32,000 nucleotides of DNA from Zygophlyctis sp. KS116 (GCA_054661495.1 BAAFSQ010000042.1:24065-56064), one strand, 5' to 3'. Positions 10,694-21,353 are shown, counted from the stretch's first letter. Notes: generated from the sequence alone by a model not told the origin. Numbers and translations are program-made.

Positions 10694-12167
10694 ATGAATC
10701 TTCAAGACTTTATCAGGAAAATTGTTGATATCATCCTGAGATCTAGATTCCAAAACATCACCAAAGAGATTTCTGGATTTGCTCCCTCTCTGGTTTTAGA
10801 TATCATTTGTCAGTCAAAGCTGGTCGAACGTTGGGTTTTACAGGAAGAGGCCTTCACCGACTATGACATTAAAGATTCTACTGAACTGGTAATCTTGTGC
10901 CAATCATTATTCTCCCATATTAAGCAATTCACTTTACTAAATGAAGCAGATTCCTATTCAATATCATCACTTGACGGTCAATTTTTGGCTTCGGACTCTG
11001 CAATTTTAAATGTTGGATTTCATGAAACTGCAAATCTAAAAGTTTACAAGTTTAAAAGTGCTAATACTGGAAGTGGTACTCTATTTCTTTCAGTAGTCTA
11101 TGATACATTTCTAGAATCTGTCAAAAATACTAGTAATATTGAAGCAACTGATATCCCTTTGGAAAATGTACTTGATTAATCTAAATATTTAGAAAAAATT
11201 ACAAAACTTATCGCCGTTTCCATCTCCAAGTTTAGTAAGGAAAATGACTCGGTTTGCAAAAAAAGGTTTGGAGTCTCAAGCGCCAATACCAAGTTTTATT
11301 TCAAATTCATCAACTGTAAATACATTGGATAATCAGCTACTGGGATTAAATATAGCTCAAAAGCCAAATACAGAGTTATTTGGATCTTTTGTAGGTTCTT
11401 ATGAACAGTCTTTGCTTAGTGGGAGAATGTCGACTTTTCCTTCAAAGCCTTTATGGTTTTCTTTAGAAATAGGAGTTATAGGTACTGGGAATTGTAAGAC
11501 AAAGTTAAAATGTCCTTCTCATAGGACAGTGGCTTTTCCTGCTTGTTATTATGAATTTGAAAATGATATACAGCAAGTTACGCCTTATGTTGGAAATGTA
11601 GAAATTAGTCAAAATGATAGAGGATATAGGATACCATTTCAAGGACAATTACAGGTTATCATCAAGAATCAAAAAATTCCATTCAAGATTTTTCTAATAC
11701 CATATGATTTAACTGATATGCCTCTTGATACTAAAACTTATCTCAGACAAAAATCATACCAGACAAAAGAACTCACGCCATCTATAAATTCTATATTTTC
11801 ATTCAGTCGTACAACTTCTGCCAGCGATTTGCAGTTTAATGGAAATGATATACTTCAACACGCTATTCATCTTCAAATCATTTGTACAAAACAAAAAAGA
11901 CTATATGTTCAGAAATCAATCAGAGTAGTATTTTCTCATAGGATACCAGATCAGAAATTACGAGTTGTAAGTGAAGTACCAATGAATCCCAAATTTTTCC
12001 CCATTGATTCTCCAGAACATCATGGCCCAAGTGTAAAATCAAAAATTAAGAGGTCAAGTTTTGGAATGTCAAGATCAGAGTATAAAGATACCCCTCTTAA
12101 ACAAGAATATTCTGCTTCATCTATGGCGGACGATTTCTCTCCATGTAATACTAGCGAAGGAAGATAA
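10694..12167 (+). CDS. Atos/FAM214-like (DUF4210) protein with HORMA-like N-terminus
   Basis: FGSFVGSYEQSLLSGRMSTFPSKPL, YRIP..GQLQVIIKN, YDLTDMP..TKTYLRQK, HAIHLQ, IRVVFS. A 25-nt intron (11168-11192) joins the two ORFs in frame. Confidence 0.85.
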
Positions 12168-12274
12168 ATAAACTTTTTCACAATAACTACTTTATGCATT
12201 TCTATATAGCATGAATGTTTTTTTAGTTTTCTCCAAAATCAGAGTTTCTTTCAAGTGCGCCCCCGATCTCGGGT

Positions 12275-12322
12275 TGACATTGACAGGTGAATGACAGTTG
12301 GTCCGCACATTCTCTTTGACAG
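12275..12322 (+). promoter_or_regulatory. Cluster of TALE-homeodomain binding motifs (TGACA/TGACAG)
   Basis: TGACAT 12275, TGACAG 12281, TGACAG 12292, TGACAG 12317, all within 60 bp upstream of the TALE gene ATG. Confidence 0.6.
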
Positions 12323-12332
12323 CCGAAATCTA

Positions 12333-13044
12333 ATGAGATTAACAGAGATAAACGACTCTATTATCCAATCATGTAATACTATACTTTAACACTTTAGGTT
12401 TGCTTGATCTAACAACCCATCCATTGTACTCGCCTCTTAGTACAGTATGGTTATGCAGAGAAGATATACATTGCTCATTATCATTGGAAGATTTACAAGT
12501 GATCGTGAATAATACAGCCAACGCCTTGATGAGTATATCTCTTGATGGTATACAAATTGACGATCTAACAATCGTTTTACTCTCCATGATCATTGTCTTG
12601 GGAGATCAGATTTTAAAAACTGCTCAATCTGCTTCAAGATTTATGGATGATTTATCAAGATTCTCTTTTAAAAGTTCAATCGAGTTCAAATCAGTCTATG
12701 ATCAGATCATGTCCGAGACTAACGCCGAAACAGACTCGGATTTTGTAATTGACAAGGAAGAGTATGATGATGACTATGAGCGTATGAATCTCATGAAACC
12801 AAGGAAAAATAACTTGAAATGGACTTGTAAATCTAGAAAGCGTCCTAATCATTCAAAGCCTGTCATTGAAATTTTGAAGAAATGGTTGCATTCTCATCAA
12901 TCGCATCCATATCCAACAGAAAAACAAAAATCAGAATTATGCAAATCAACTGATCTGAGCATGCTTCAATTGAATAATTGGTTTATCAATGGTAAATATT
13001 TAAATGTTTTAATCAAAGCTCGGCGTCGATTGCTCAAGGGTTAA
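12333..13044 (+). CDS. TALE-class homeodomain transcription factor (MEIS/KNOX/TGIF-like)
   Basis: LKKWLHSHQSHPYPTEKQKSELCKSTDLSMLQLNNWFIN|ARRR after removing intron 12992-13018. First intron 12373-12397. N-terminal HPLY motif. Confidence 0.92.
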
Positions 13045-13061
13045 AATTGAACTTACTGATT

Positions 13062-14769
13062 ATGAATTCTCTTGCTGATTATGGATCTTCTGATGAGGAT
13101 AAGAAAGTAGTTAAAAAATTAAAGAATTATAATCCTGCTCCGACTGTCCATTCTACTTCTTTTGATTATTTGCCTTCAGCAGGCACAGTTGCGATTCCTG
13201 TTAATCTTCCAGTCTCTAGATTAAATGCACCAGTGCTCGGTCCACAGAATCCATTTGCAAATGAAACGGCAAACAAAAATATATTAACGGGATTCATAGA
13301 GGAACATTATATGTCTAACGATGCCTTTAATAATATGAAGAGAACGTTTGATCGTCATGGTTACACTCTAGATCCTGAAACAGGGAAGATGATTGGAAAT
13401 AAAAAGTCAGAAAAGGACATGAAAAGTATGTTTATATCTTTAAAAAATAAGGCAAGTTTAATGCTGACAAGAATAAAGCAGCCGTAAAGAAGAAGCGGAA
13501 ACCCGCAGGAAAGGCAGAGGATGTGGATTCGTTTGCTGGTCCTTGGGCTAAATTTGAATGTGAATCATCAGATGAGGAAGAAGTTGGACCGCTGATTGAA
13601 GAACCGGCTCAAAAAGAACGAGAGCCAGCCGCTGCTCCTGCTAAAGTGGAACCAGTAGAGTCAGCATATACAGCAAAAGAAACTACAAAGTTTCATGGGG
13701 CATCAGAAACAGATTATTTGGGGAGAAGCTTTATTCATATACCTACAGATGTGGATGTGGATTTAACAGTAGAATTAAGTAATCAAATTTGTTATGCTCC
13801 AAAAAAACTGCTACATACATTTATTGGTCATACAAAAGGTATTAATACAATGAGGCTGTTTCCAAAATCTGGGCATTTGGTTTTATCAGGAAGTCAAGAT
13901 ACGAAAATTAAGATTTGGGATGTTTATCATGATCGAAAGTGTCTAAGAACATATAACGGTCATGATAAGCCAATTAAAGATTTGGCTTTTTCAAATGATG
14001 GAAAACAGTTTTTGTCTGCTGGTTATGATAAATGGATAAAATTATGGGACACAGAAACAGGTATTCTTTAGATTCTAAAAGCTTAGGAAAATGTATCAAT
14101 AGATTTCATCAAAAAAATGGGGTTCCTATGTGCGTGACGTTTCATCCAGATGATAATAAGCAAAATATTTTTCTTACTGGCTGTCAAGATAAGAAGATTT
14201 ATCAATATGATCTTAATTCTGCCTCTGTAGTTCAAGAGTATGATCAACATCTCGGTGCTGTGAATACAATCACATTTTTTGATGAAAATAGACGATTCAT
14301 TACCTCTTCAGATGATAAAACTATTCGAGCTTGGGAGTATGATATTCCCGTTGTCATAAAAAATATGTCAGATCCTGGTATGAAATCCATGCCAGCAGCA
14401 TGTATGTCGCCTAATAGTACGTTTTTTATTTTATTCTAAATGTCAGAGAAACATATCGCATTTCAATCTATAGACAATCAGCTTGTATCCTATTCAGCTA
14501 GTGATCGGCTTGTTGCTAGTGGTAGAAAAATTTATCGTGGCCATGTAGTTGCTGGAAATATTATTAGACCTTCATTTTCCCCTGATAACAAGTATATTTG
14601 CTGTGGTGATTCAAGCGGGAATGTATACTTGTGGGACTGGAAAACAACCAAGCTGTTCAAAAAGTTCAAGGCGCACAACTCTGTAGTTACTGCAATGGAC
14701 TGGTTGCCTCACGAGACATCAAAAATGATAACTTGCTCTCTGGATGCAACACTCAAATTATGGGATTAA
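13062..14769 (+). CDS. PRP17: Pre-mRNA splicing factor Prp17/Cdc40 (WD40)
   Basis: [55 protein letters not shown]. Introns 13426-13451, 14061-14086, 14417-14446. Confidence 0.95.
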
Positions 14770-14948
14770 ATTTTTGAAGATTGATATTATACTCCATATC
14801 ACATATTTCCAAAAAGCCACAGATCTCTTTAAAATGAGACTTTCACCAAAATAAACCAACCTAATCAATATTAATTTCATCGTGTAATAATTACAAATAG
14901 AATTGATTGCTCAATTAGTTCAATGATAATCCAATGTTAAACTATAGC

Positions 14949-16284
14949 TTATGGCCTCAATTCTACTGGAAGAGTTTCCTTTGAGAGAGCCCCTGCTTTG
15001 ACTAAAGCAACATGTAAATCTTCTATAAGATCGTTTACATCCTCAATACCAATACATAGACGTATCAAATCCTCTGGGAATTGTCTTTCTTTCCTAACTT
15101 CAGCAGGAATAGAAGCATGAGACATCCTACAAGGCATACTTTGATTAAAAAAATTGTGGCATACCTTATTAAAGAATTCACACATCCAAATGAAACCGAA
15201 ATTGCAAAAAGTCTAGTTTGATCTACAATACGTTCCGAAAGTTGCACTGATCCAGTTTCAAAACTTAAAACAGCACCTGGACCACTAGCCATTCTAATAT
15301 GAATATCATGTTGAGGATGAGATTTAAGACCTGGAAAGCGTACTTTAAATCCTAAAGACTCCAAAAATTCAGCAATCTTGATTGCATTTTCCTGTTGTCT
15401 TTCTATTCTAACAGAAAGAGTCTTGAGTCCTCTTAGTAGTAAAAAACAATCAAAAGGAGGCAACCCAACACCAGTTGCATTTATAGTAAAATACAACTTT
15501 TCTGCTAGTAATTGATCTTTTACACCAATCACACCAGCCATTAAATCATGATGCCCAGAGAGATACTTTGTACCTGAATGATATTCAATATCTGCACCTA
15601 ATTCCAAAGATTTCATCAAGTAAGGAGACATCTTTTGATTTAAAAACTTTAAATTACCATTGTATTATCCACAACTATTAGTACATTTGGTTCTTTTTCA
15701 TGACAAACCTTTGATACTTGTAATAAATCACAAATCTTTATTAATGGATTTGTTGGTGATTCAATCAGTATGAGTCTAGTTTTACTATTTAAAACCTTGC
15801 AGATATCTTGAATACACGTAGTATTAACATGATGAACCATTATATCCTGAGTAGTTTTTATAAAGTTTAATAGTCTATTTGTACCACCATATAAATCATC
15901 CCCAGCAATTACTTGATCACCTTTTGATAATAATCTAGAAATCACATCTAGTGCAGTCATTCCAGAATTCACTGCAAAAGCTTTATGAGCGCCCATTAAT
16001 CTCGCCAAATGCGTTTCAACATGAGATCTAGAAGGATTACCAGATCTAGAATAATCATATTCATTGCCTCCATCCTATTTTTATAAATAATAAATTACAG
16101 CCGTGGACTGTTTAAAAGTAGCCGTTAAATATCTTGTTTTAGTAAAATCAATTTACACTGGATGTGAGCTTGCCCCGTAAGGATCTCTCTCTATTGGAAC
16201 ATGAACACAAAGAGTCGCTTTTCTATAAGACTGTGTACAAGGATTATCAAGAGTCTGTTCACTTGCAGCATCAATATCGTCCAT
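14949..16284 (-). CDS. STR3: Cystathionine beta-lyase (PLP-dependent)
   Basis: YDYSRSGNPSR, SGMTALD, GDDLYGGTNR, ESPTNP, HSGTKYLSGHHD (PLP lysine), SVSFGCVNSLI|SMP. Introns 16133-16156, 16075-16098, 15632-15657, 15139-15164. Confidence 0.93.
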
Positions 16285-16432
16285 TGTCTGTTCTTTTCTT
16301 TTGTGGCACCGCTCTGATCGAATGAACCGTTCACTTATAGTGTTATAATTTTGCTTTAAATTGAATAGTTAAGGCTCTTGAGAATTTGTTTTACTATTCT
16401 ACATTGAAATTACAAGATTAGAAATTACAGTA

Positions 16433-17003
16433 ATGGGAAGTGGTGAAAGTAAATTATCATCAGAGGAATTATTAGATCTATCAAAGAAATCAAAATGTAT
16501 ATTTATTATCACTTAATGCAGTGTCTAAAAAGGAATTGGCGAAATGGAATACTGGATTTCTTGCTGATTATCCTCTGGGAAATTTAAAAAAATCTGATTT
16601 TGAGAATATATTTAGGAATTGGTTTCCTTTTGGAGATTCAAAGAAACTTGCATTGTATATATTTTCTAAATTTGATTCAACTGATGATGGAGTAGTAGAT
16701 TTTCAAGATTTTATTCTCTTATTCTCTATTTTTTCAAAGGGATCATTTGAAGATCGGCTAAAGTTGATTTTTAAAATGTATGATATGGACGAAGATGGTT
16801 ATATTGGACGTGCAGAATTAGAATATCTAGTAGAAATTCAATCAATGGCAATGGGAGATTTAGTACAAGAGTCTATAGAGACACAAGATTTATTTGATAA
16901 ATTAGATTTTGATAGAGATGGGAAAATATCATTTCAGGAATTTAAGGATGGAGTGTCTAATGATTTAGAAATTTGTAAAGCTTTTAATATGTACTCTGGA
17001 TGA
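16433..17003 (+). CDS. Neuronal calcium sensor / frequenin (NCS-1/Frq1) family EF-hand protein
   Basis: MGSGESKLS myristoylation signal, FPFGD, EF-hands DSTDDGVVDFQD, DMDEDGYIGRAE, DFDRDGKISFQE. Intron 16497-16521. Confidence 0.9.
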
Positions 17004-17063
17004 TTTGTTTGAAATTACATCCCTTAGTAAGGTCATCCCTTATTAAGGCCTAGAAAATTTTAA

Positions 17064-17657
17064 ATGTTTTTGATTTACGTCGTTTTACTATTAATTGCTG
17101 TAAATGCTGTAAAGAGTCCTCCAAAGACTTTACAAATTGGAATTAAAAAAAAGGTTGATCCATGTCCAGTCAAGAAAACTGAACGTGGAGACCAAGTGTC
17201 TATGCACTATAAAGGAATGTTGTTTGGGTCAACAGAGGAATTTGATTCTTCGTTTTCTAGAAATCAACCATTTGACTTTACTCTTGGGACTGGTCAAGTA
17301 ATAAAAGGATGGGATCAGGGATTGTTGGATATGGTATTTTATTAAGAATTTATTCTAGTGTCCTGGTGAAAAGAGAAGACTTGTGATTCCTCCTGAATTG
17401 GGATATGGACAGTCTGGGTAATTTTAAGATTCTAAATTAATAGTGCAGGTGATAAAATTCCTCCAGGTTCAACCTTGGTTTTTGAGGTTGAATTATTGAA
17501 AATTAAGGATAGTCATGGTCATGGTCATGGACACAGTCATGATGACTATCCACATATGCCTGGACATGATGAATTTCCAGAATTTAGTCATGATACTCAT
17601 CGTGATTTGGAAGCAGAAGCAGATGAGGTCTTGGGATTACATGATGAGGATCTTTAA
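17064..17657 (+). CDS. FPR2: ER FKBP-type peptidyl-prolyl isomerase (Fpr2/FKBP2-like) with His-rich tail
   Basis: Signal peptide, [31 protein letters not shown]|[18 protein letters not shown]-terminal ...HDEDL. Introns 17334-17358 and 17418-17443. Confidence 0.92.
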
Positions 17658-18424
17658 ATATGAATACCCTCGAAAGCTTCTTCGATTGTATGAGATGAGT
17701 CCAACTTCTTTTTTCTCTTTTTATCCAAGGCTGCTTCTTTTCTAGCCTTTTTGGCAGCCTTTTTACGATCTTGAGCTCGGGAATACTTTACAGGAACTTG
17801 GGTAATAGTACTACTCTTTACGATTGGCTCTGATGAGTCTTGTAAATTTAATTCATACAATTCATCCAAAACTAGTCCGAATTTACCATTATGTTTATCT
17901 AATAGTATTCTAATTTTTTCTGTATCATTACAACCACTTATAGACATGATTTGCTGTATAATTCTACTAGTTTTTTGAGAGTCTTTTAGATATTCTGGAG
18001 TTTTAAAATCTTTAGATGCAATTGTTGATGCATAATGTTCAAAAGAATAATAAATTAGATATAGTATTTTCTCTGCAGATTCAGATTTAATTATTAGAGG
18101 TACTACATGTGCTTGATAAATAACAATTGTGACATTTAAAGTCTTTGAAAGTGCCACTAATTCTAAATTTCCACCATAAACTCCATTTTTTGCCATTCTA
18201 CTAGTATAATCAGATATTGGTTCTTGCATAAAACAAGAGAAATCATTTGGATTATTTTTAATAAATGTTATAGCTTTAAATCTCAATTCCAAATGATATT
18301 GATCATTACCATAATACTGATGACTAATAGCTCTAAATAAACAATTTCCATCTCCCTGTACATCGAATTCCTCTAGTCCGATTGATTTTAAAGTATTAGA
18401 AATATTATAAATTTCAGATTTCAT
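17654..18424 (-). CDS. OTU-domain deubiquitinase (OTUD3/Otu2-like)
   Basis: GDGNCLFRA catalytic Cys loop, YGGNLEL, EHY catalytic His, basic C-terminal tail. ATG 18424 is the only ATG before the catalytic motif. Confidence 0.9.
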   Translation of the reverse strand: MKSEIYNISNTLKSIGLEEFDVQGDGNCLFRAISHQYYGNDQYHLELRFKAITFIKNNPNDFSCFMQEPISDYTSRMAKNGVYGGNLELVALSKTLNVTIVIYQAHVVPLIIKSESAEKILYLIYYSFEHYASTIASKDFKTPEYLKDSQKTSRIIQQIMSISGCNDTEKIRILLDKHNGKFGLVLDELYELNLQDSSEPIVKSSTITQVPVKYSRAQDRKKAAKKARKEAALDKKRKKKLDSSHTIEEAFEGIHI

Positions 18425-18839
18425 AATCTTTATTAGTGTAATGATGTTTAACAAAACGATAACCTTGAATCAATTGTGCACCTAGAGAATTTAGAATTAT
18501 TACTAGTCATGCTATTTCAACATAACCAAATCTTACATTCATTTGCTGCATGACATGCAAATAACAGATAATTTCTAGGCTGAACTTCAATCGCAAATTT
18601 CATAAACATTATTGAGTATAGCGCAAGTGCACCAGTCATTTTTCCAGAGATGAATTCTGGAGATTTTTGAGTATCAGCAATGGCAGCCAAAGGAAGACCC
18701 CAATTAGCCACCGGTCCCCAAAAATGAGTAGACATGAGATATGTCCTCTGGTAATAAGATTAAAATAAATTACAAACTCTGGGCTTTTGACATACTGGAT
18801 CGTCTTTGCTGTCAAACTTGATGAAACTGGACGAGACAT
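18414..18839 (-). CDS. MPC1: Mitochondrial pyruvate carrier 1
   Basis: [45 protein letters not shown]|[10 protein letters not shown]. Introns 18748-18773 (26 nt) and 18482-18536 (55 nt). Stop TGA at 18414-18416. Confidence 0.95.
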
Positions 18840-19025
18840 TTCACGATTGCACTAACCCGCCCCGTCCTCAACAGTCTCAACTCTAGCATTCAAGGTGATG
18901 CAGAGTATGAGATTGATCGCTCACGTCATTCCTGCAACAGAAATTCTCCTAGATTATATTTCAATTACTCTTTTTCATCGCTAATAAACTTGGCTACTAA
19001 TTAAAGAAGCATTACTTGATATCAA

Positions 19026-19388
19026 ATGATAATCATTATTATGCTGTCGATCATAGTAACTGATGCCTATAAAGCAGAAAGAGGTCAAAGATGCTCACCG
19101 GAATTTCTAGGAATATTTGAAATCATTAAAGGAATCAAACGATTTCCTACTTGTGATGATGGATTGTATTGTGATGATGATCTTGACATTTGTGTCTTTA
19201 AAGCAGGAGAACTTCAAGGTTGTGATCCAAGTAGGAGAGAGTGTCAGGATGGACTGGATTGTCATTTGGGTTATAAAGTCTGCATTCATCAAACAATGGT
19301 AGGACCTAGCTTATTAGAAACTATACTCCATAATTTATTATATGGAGCTGCACAAATTATGGATTTCTTCTTTCTGAGCCAGATTTAA
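19026..19388 (+). CDS. Small secreted cysteine-rich protein
   Basis: N-terminal hydrophobic signal, 8 Cys in two G..C...C.DGL.C......C repeats, hydrophobic C-terminus. Confidence 0.7.
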   Translation: MIIIIMLSIIVTDAYKAERGQRCSPEFLGIFEIIKGIKRFPTCDDGLYCDDDLDICVFKAGELQGCDPSRRECQDGLDCHLGYKVCIHQTMVGPSLLETILHNLLYGAAQIMDFFFLSQI

Positions 19389-19435
19389 GTTACAGTTTTG
19401 GCCGATATTGGGTTGTTTTTCAGGCTCTTAACTTT

Positions 19436-21353
19436 TTACTCACCTTGCAATAAAACCTTTTTTGTAAAATTAGAGGGAAATAGACCAATTCTCTCCTTTC
19501 CGTCTAATCCAAATCCAACTGCTTCCCACCATCCATCATCATTTGTGTCAAAAACTGCTAAAAGTTGTCCCTGAAAGATTGATAATTCTTCTGGAGCTGC
19601 TGCGTGATAATCATACAAGACTTGAACTTTTTTTAAGTATTATTGGAAAAGTACCATGATATAGAATCTTTTTTACTCTGGAAAAATCATATATATTATA
19701 GTGTATCTGAGGTTGTGGGATTACTTCATTTTCAATTTCCTTTTTAGGTCTGCTTAGGGAATGATGAAGAGGAAGTTTGGGCTGTTCTAGGACTCCTTGA
19801 GTCTGTCCAGGTCGTTCTAGGGATTGGATTTTTAGAGTATTAATCCCTTCTGTAAGTCTGGATTGTTCCTTGGATTGGGTATTTGCAGGTATAATTCCTT
19901 CTATAAGTCCAGGCTGCTCCTTGGATTGGATGTTTGGAGTATTAATCCCTTCTATAAGTCCGGGCTGCTCTTTGGATTGGATGTTTGGAGTAGTAATCCC
20001 TTCTGTAAGTCTGGATTGTTCTTTAAATTGGCTTTTGGCAGGAAAAGCTGCATGTTCCTTGGATTGGCTTTTTGCTTCTGCCTCTAGTAATTGACTCTTT
20101 GTAGGAATAAATCCTTCTGTACGCACAGATTGTTCTAGTAATTGACTCTTTGTAGGAATAAATCCTTCTGTACGCATTGACTGACCTCGCAATGACTGCC
20201 GTTGTTCAACCCGGTATCCTTGAGTTTGGCCTTGTGGTATTCCTTGTGATTGATCAAGTTTTACAGGATCAGAAGCAATAAAATTCCCATTTTCAGAGCT
20301 CTTTGAAACTGAATTGACTATCTTTAAGCGTGTAATTCTTACAAGACGATACTGAAAGATTTCCAATAAACATATCCAAAAAAGAACTTTTCTTTTGACT
20401 CTTACTCGCTAAAGAGTCATACTGCTCAGCAGTTTCAATAGAAAATGGAACATAGACTGGAACTTCTATTCCTGTAAATTTTGCGTGTTTTACCTTTAAG
20501 AGTATTTCCTGTCCTACTAGTCCTTAAAAATTCTTGAATATCATCCTCAAAATTACATTTTTCTAAACTTGTCCTAATTCTTTCACATCCTTCATCCTGT
20601 TCAACCAATGCCTCTGATAAAACATTTGTAAAACTCCAAATTTTTTCTCTTAAAAATTTGAATCTATCCCTATCCATCTGTTCTGCTTCCTTACAACATG
20701 CAGTCATTGTTTTTTCCCAATTTTTCCAAGAATCTTCCAAAACAATAGCATTATGTTGATATTCTGAATCTATATTCTGAATTTCTCTATTAAATTTTTC
20801 AATTTTTGCCTCTCTTTTACTTGCATCTTTTGCATTTAAAATCACATAACCGGTTTTTTGATTCAAAAGTTCCTTTTGTCTTTGAAAGTATTTATCTTTT
20901 GACTTGTAAAACAAGATTTCAGTCTGATTTTTCATTTTCAAACTCTTTTCTAAATTTTGTTTATGAAATTTCCTATTTGCAGTTTGATAATTTACAAAAT
21001 CTACAAGAGGATTTAAGACATTTACTTTTAGATTTTCTGCAATTTTGAGTGAATTTTCACACTTTTTTTCCAATTCCTTTTGAAATATCCTTATTGTAGC
21101 TCCAAATGTCCCAACTTCCATCCATTCTCTTGTTTTCTGAGAGAGCCTAGCATATCTTTTCCCAGAATCTTCTTGTATTTGTATTTCTCTTGACTTTAGA
21201 TGTAATAAATTACTCTTTCAGAATTGCTATTAAAATTTCTGAATTCAATTGACAAGATTTGAGTCTTTTTAACAATACATTTAGTCCGACAATTTCATCA
21301 TCACTCTAAGACTTAGATGCAAAAATTACCCAAAACGAATCACAAAATTCCAT
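19436..21353 (-). CDS. F-BAR + SH3 protein (Cdc15/Hof1/PSTPIP-like)
   Basis: MEFCDSFW start, coiled-coil F-BAR ending DEGCERIRTSLEKC..EDDIQEF...RTG, C-terminal SH3 (VLYDY.A..PEELSI..DDGWW..GLFPSNF). Five short introns including 20472-20493 (22 nt). Confidence 0.9.
19815..20180. repeat. Coding 51-bp (17-aa) degenerate tandem repeat in the F-BAR/SH3 linker
   Basis: About 7 units such as QSKEQPGLIEGINTPNI. An exact ~42-bp copy lies at about 20084 and 20135, 51 bp apart. Confidence 0.85.

Noticed and set aside
16433-17003. NCS-1/recoverin-family gene as part of a vision cluster with blh
   Set aside because: It is 13 kb away with unrelated genes between, and Frq1/NCS-1 is a near-universal fungal PI4-kinase regulator.
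19815-20180. Repeat array as CRISPR or a mobile element
   Set aside because: In-frame coding repeats without unique spacers, no cas or transposase genes, eukaryotic context.
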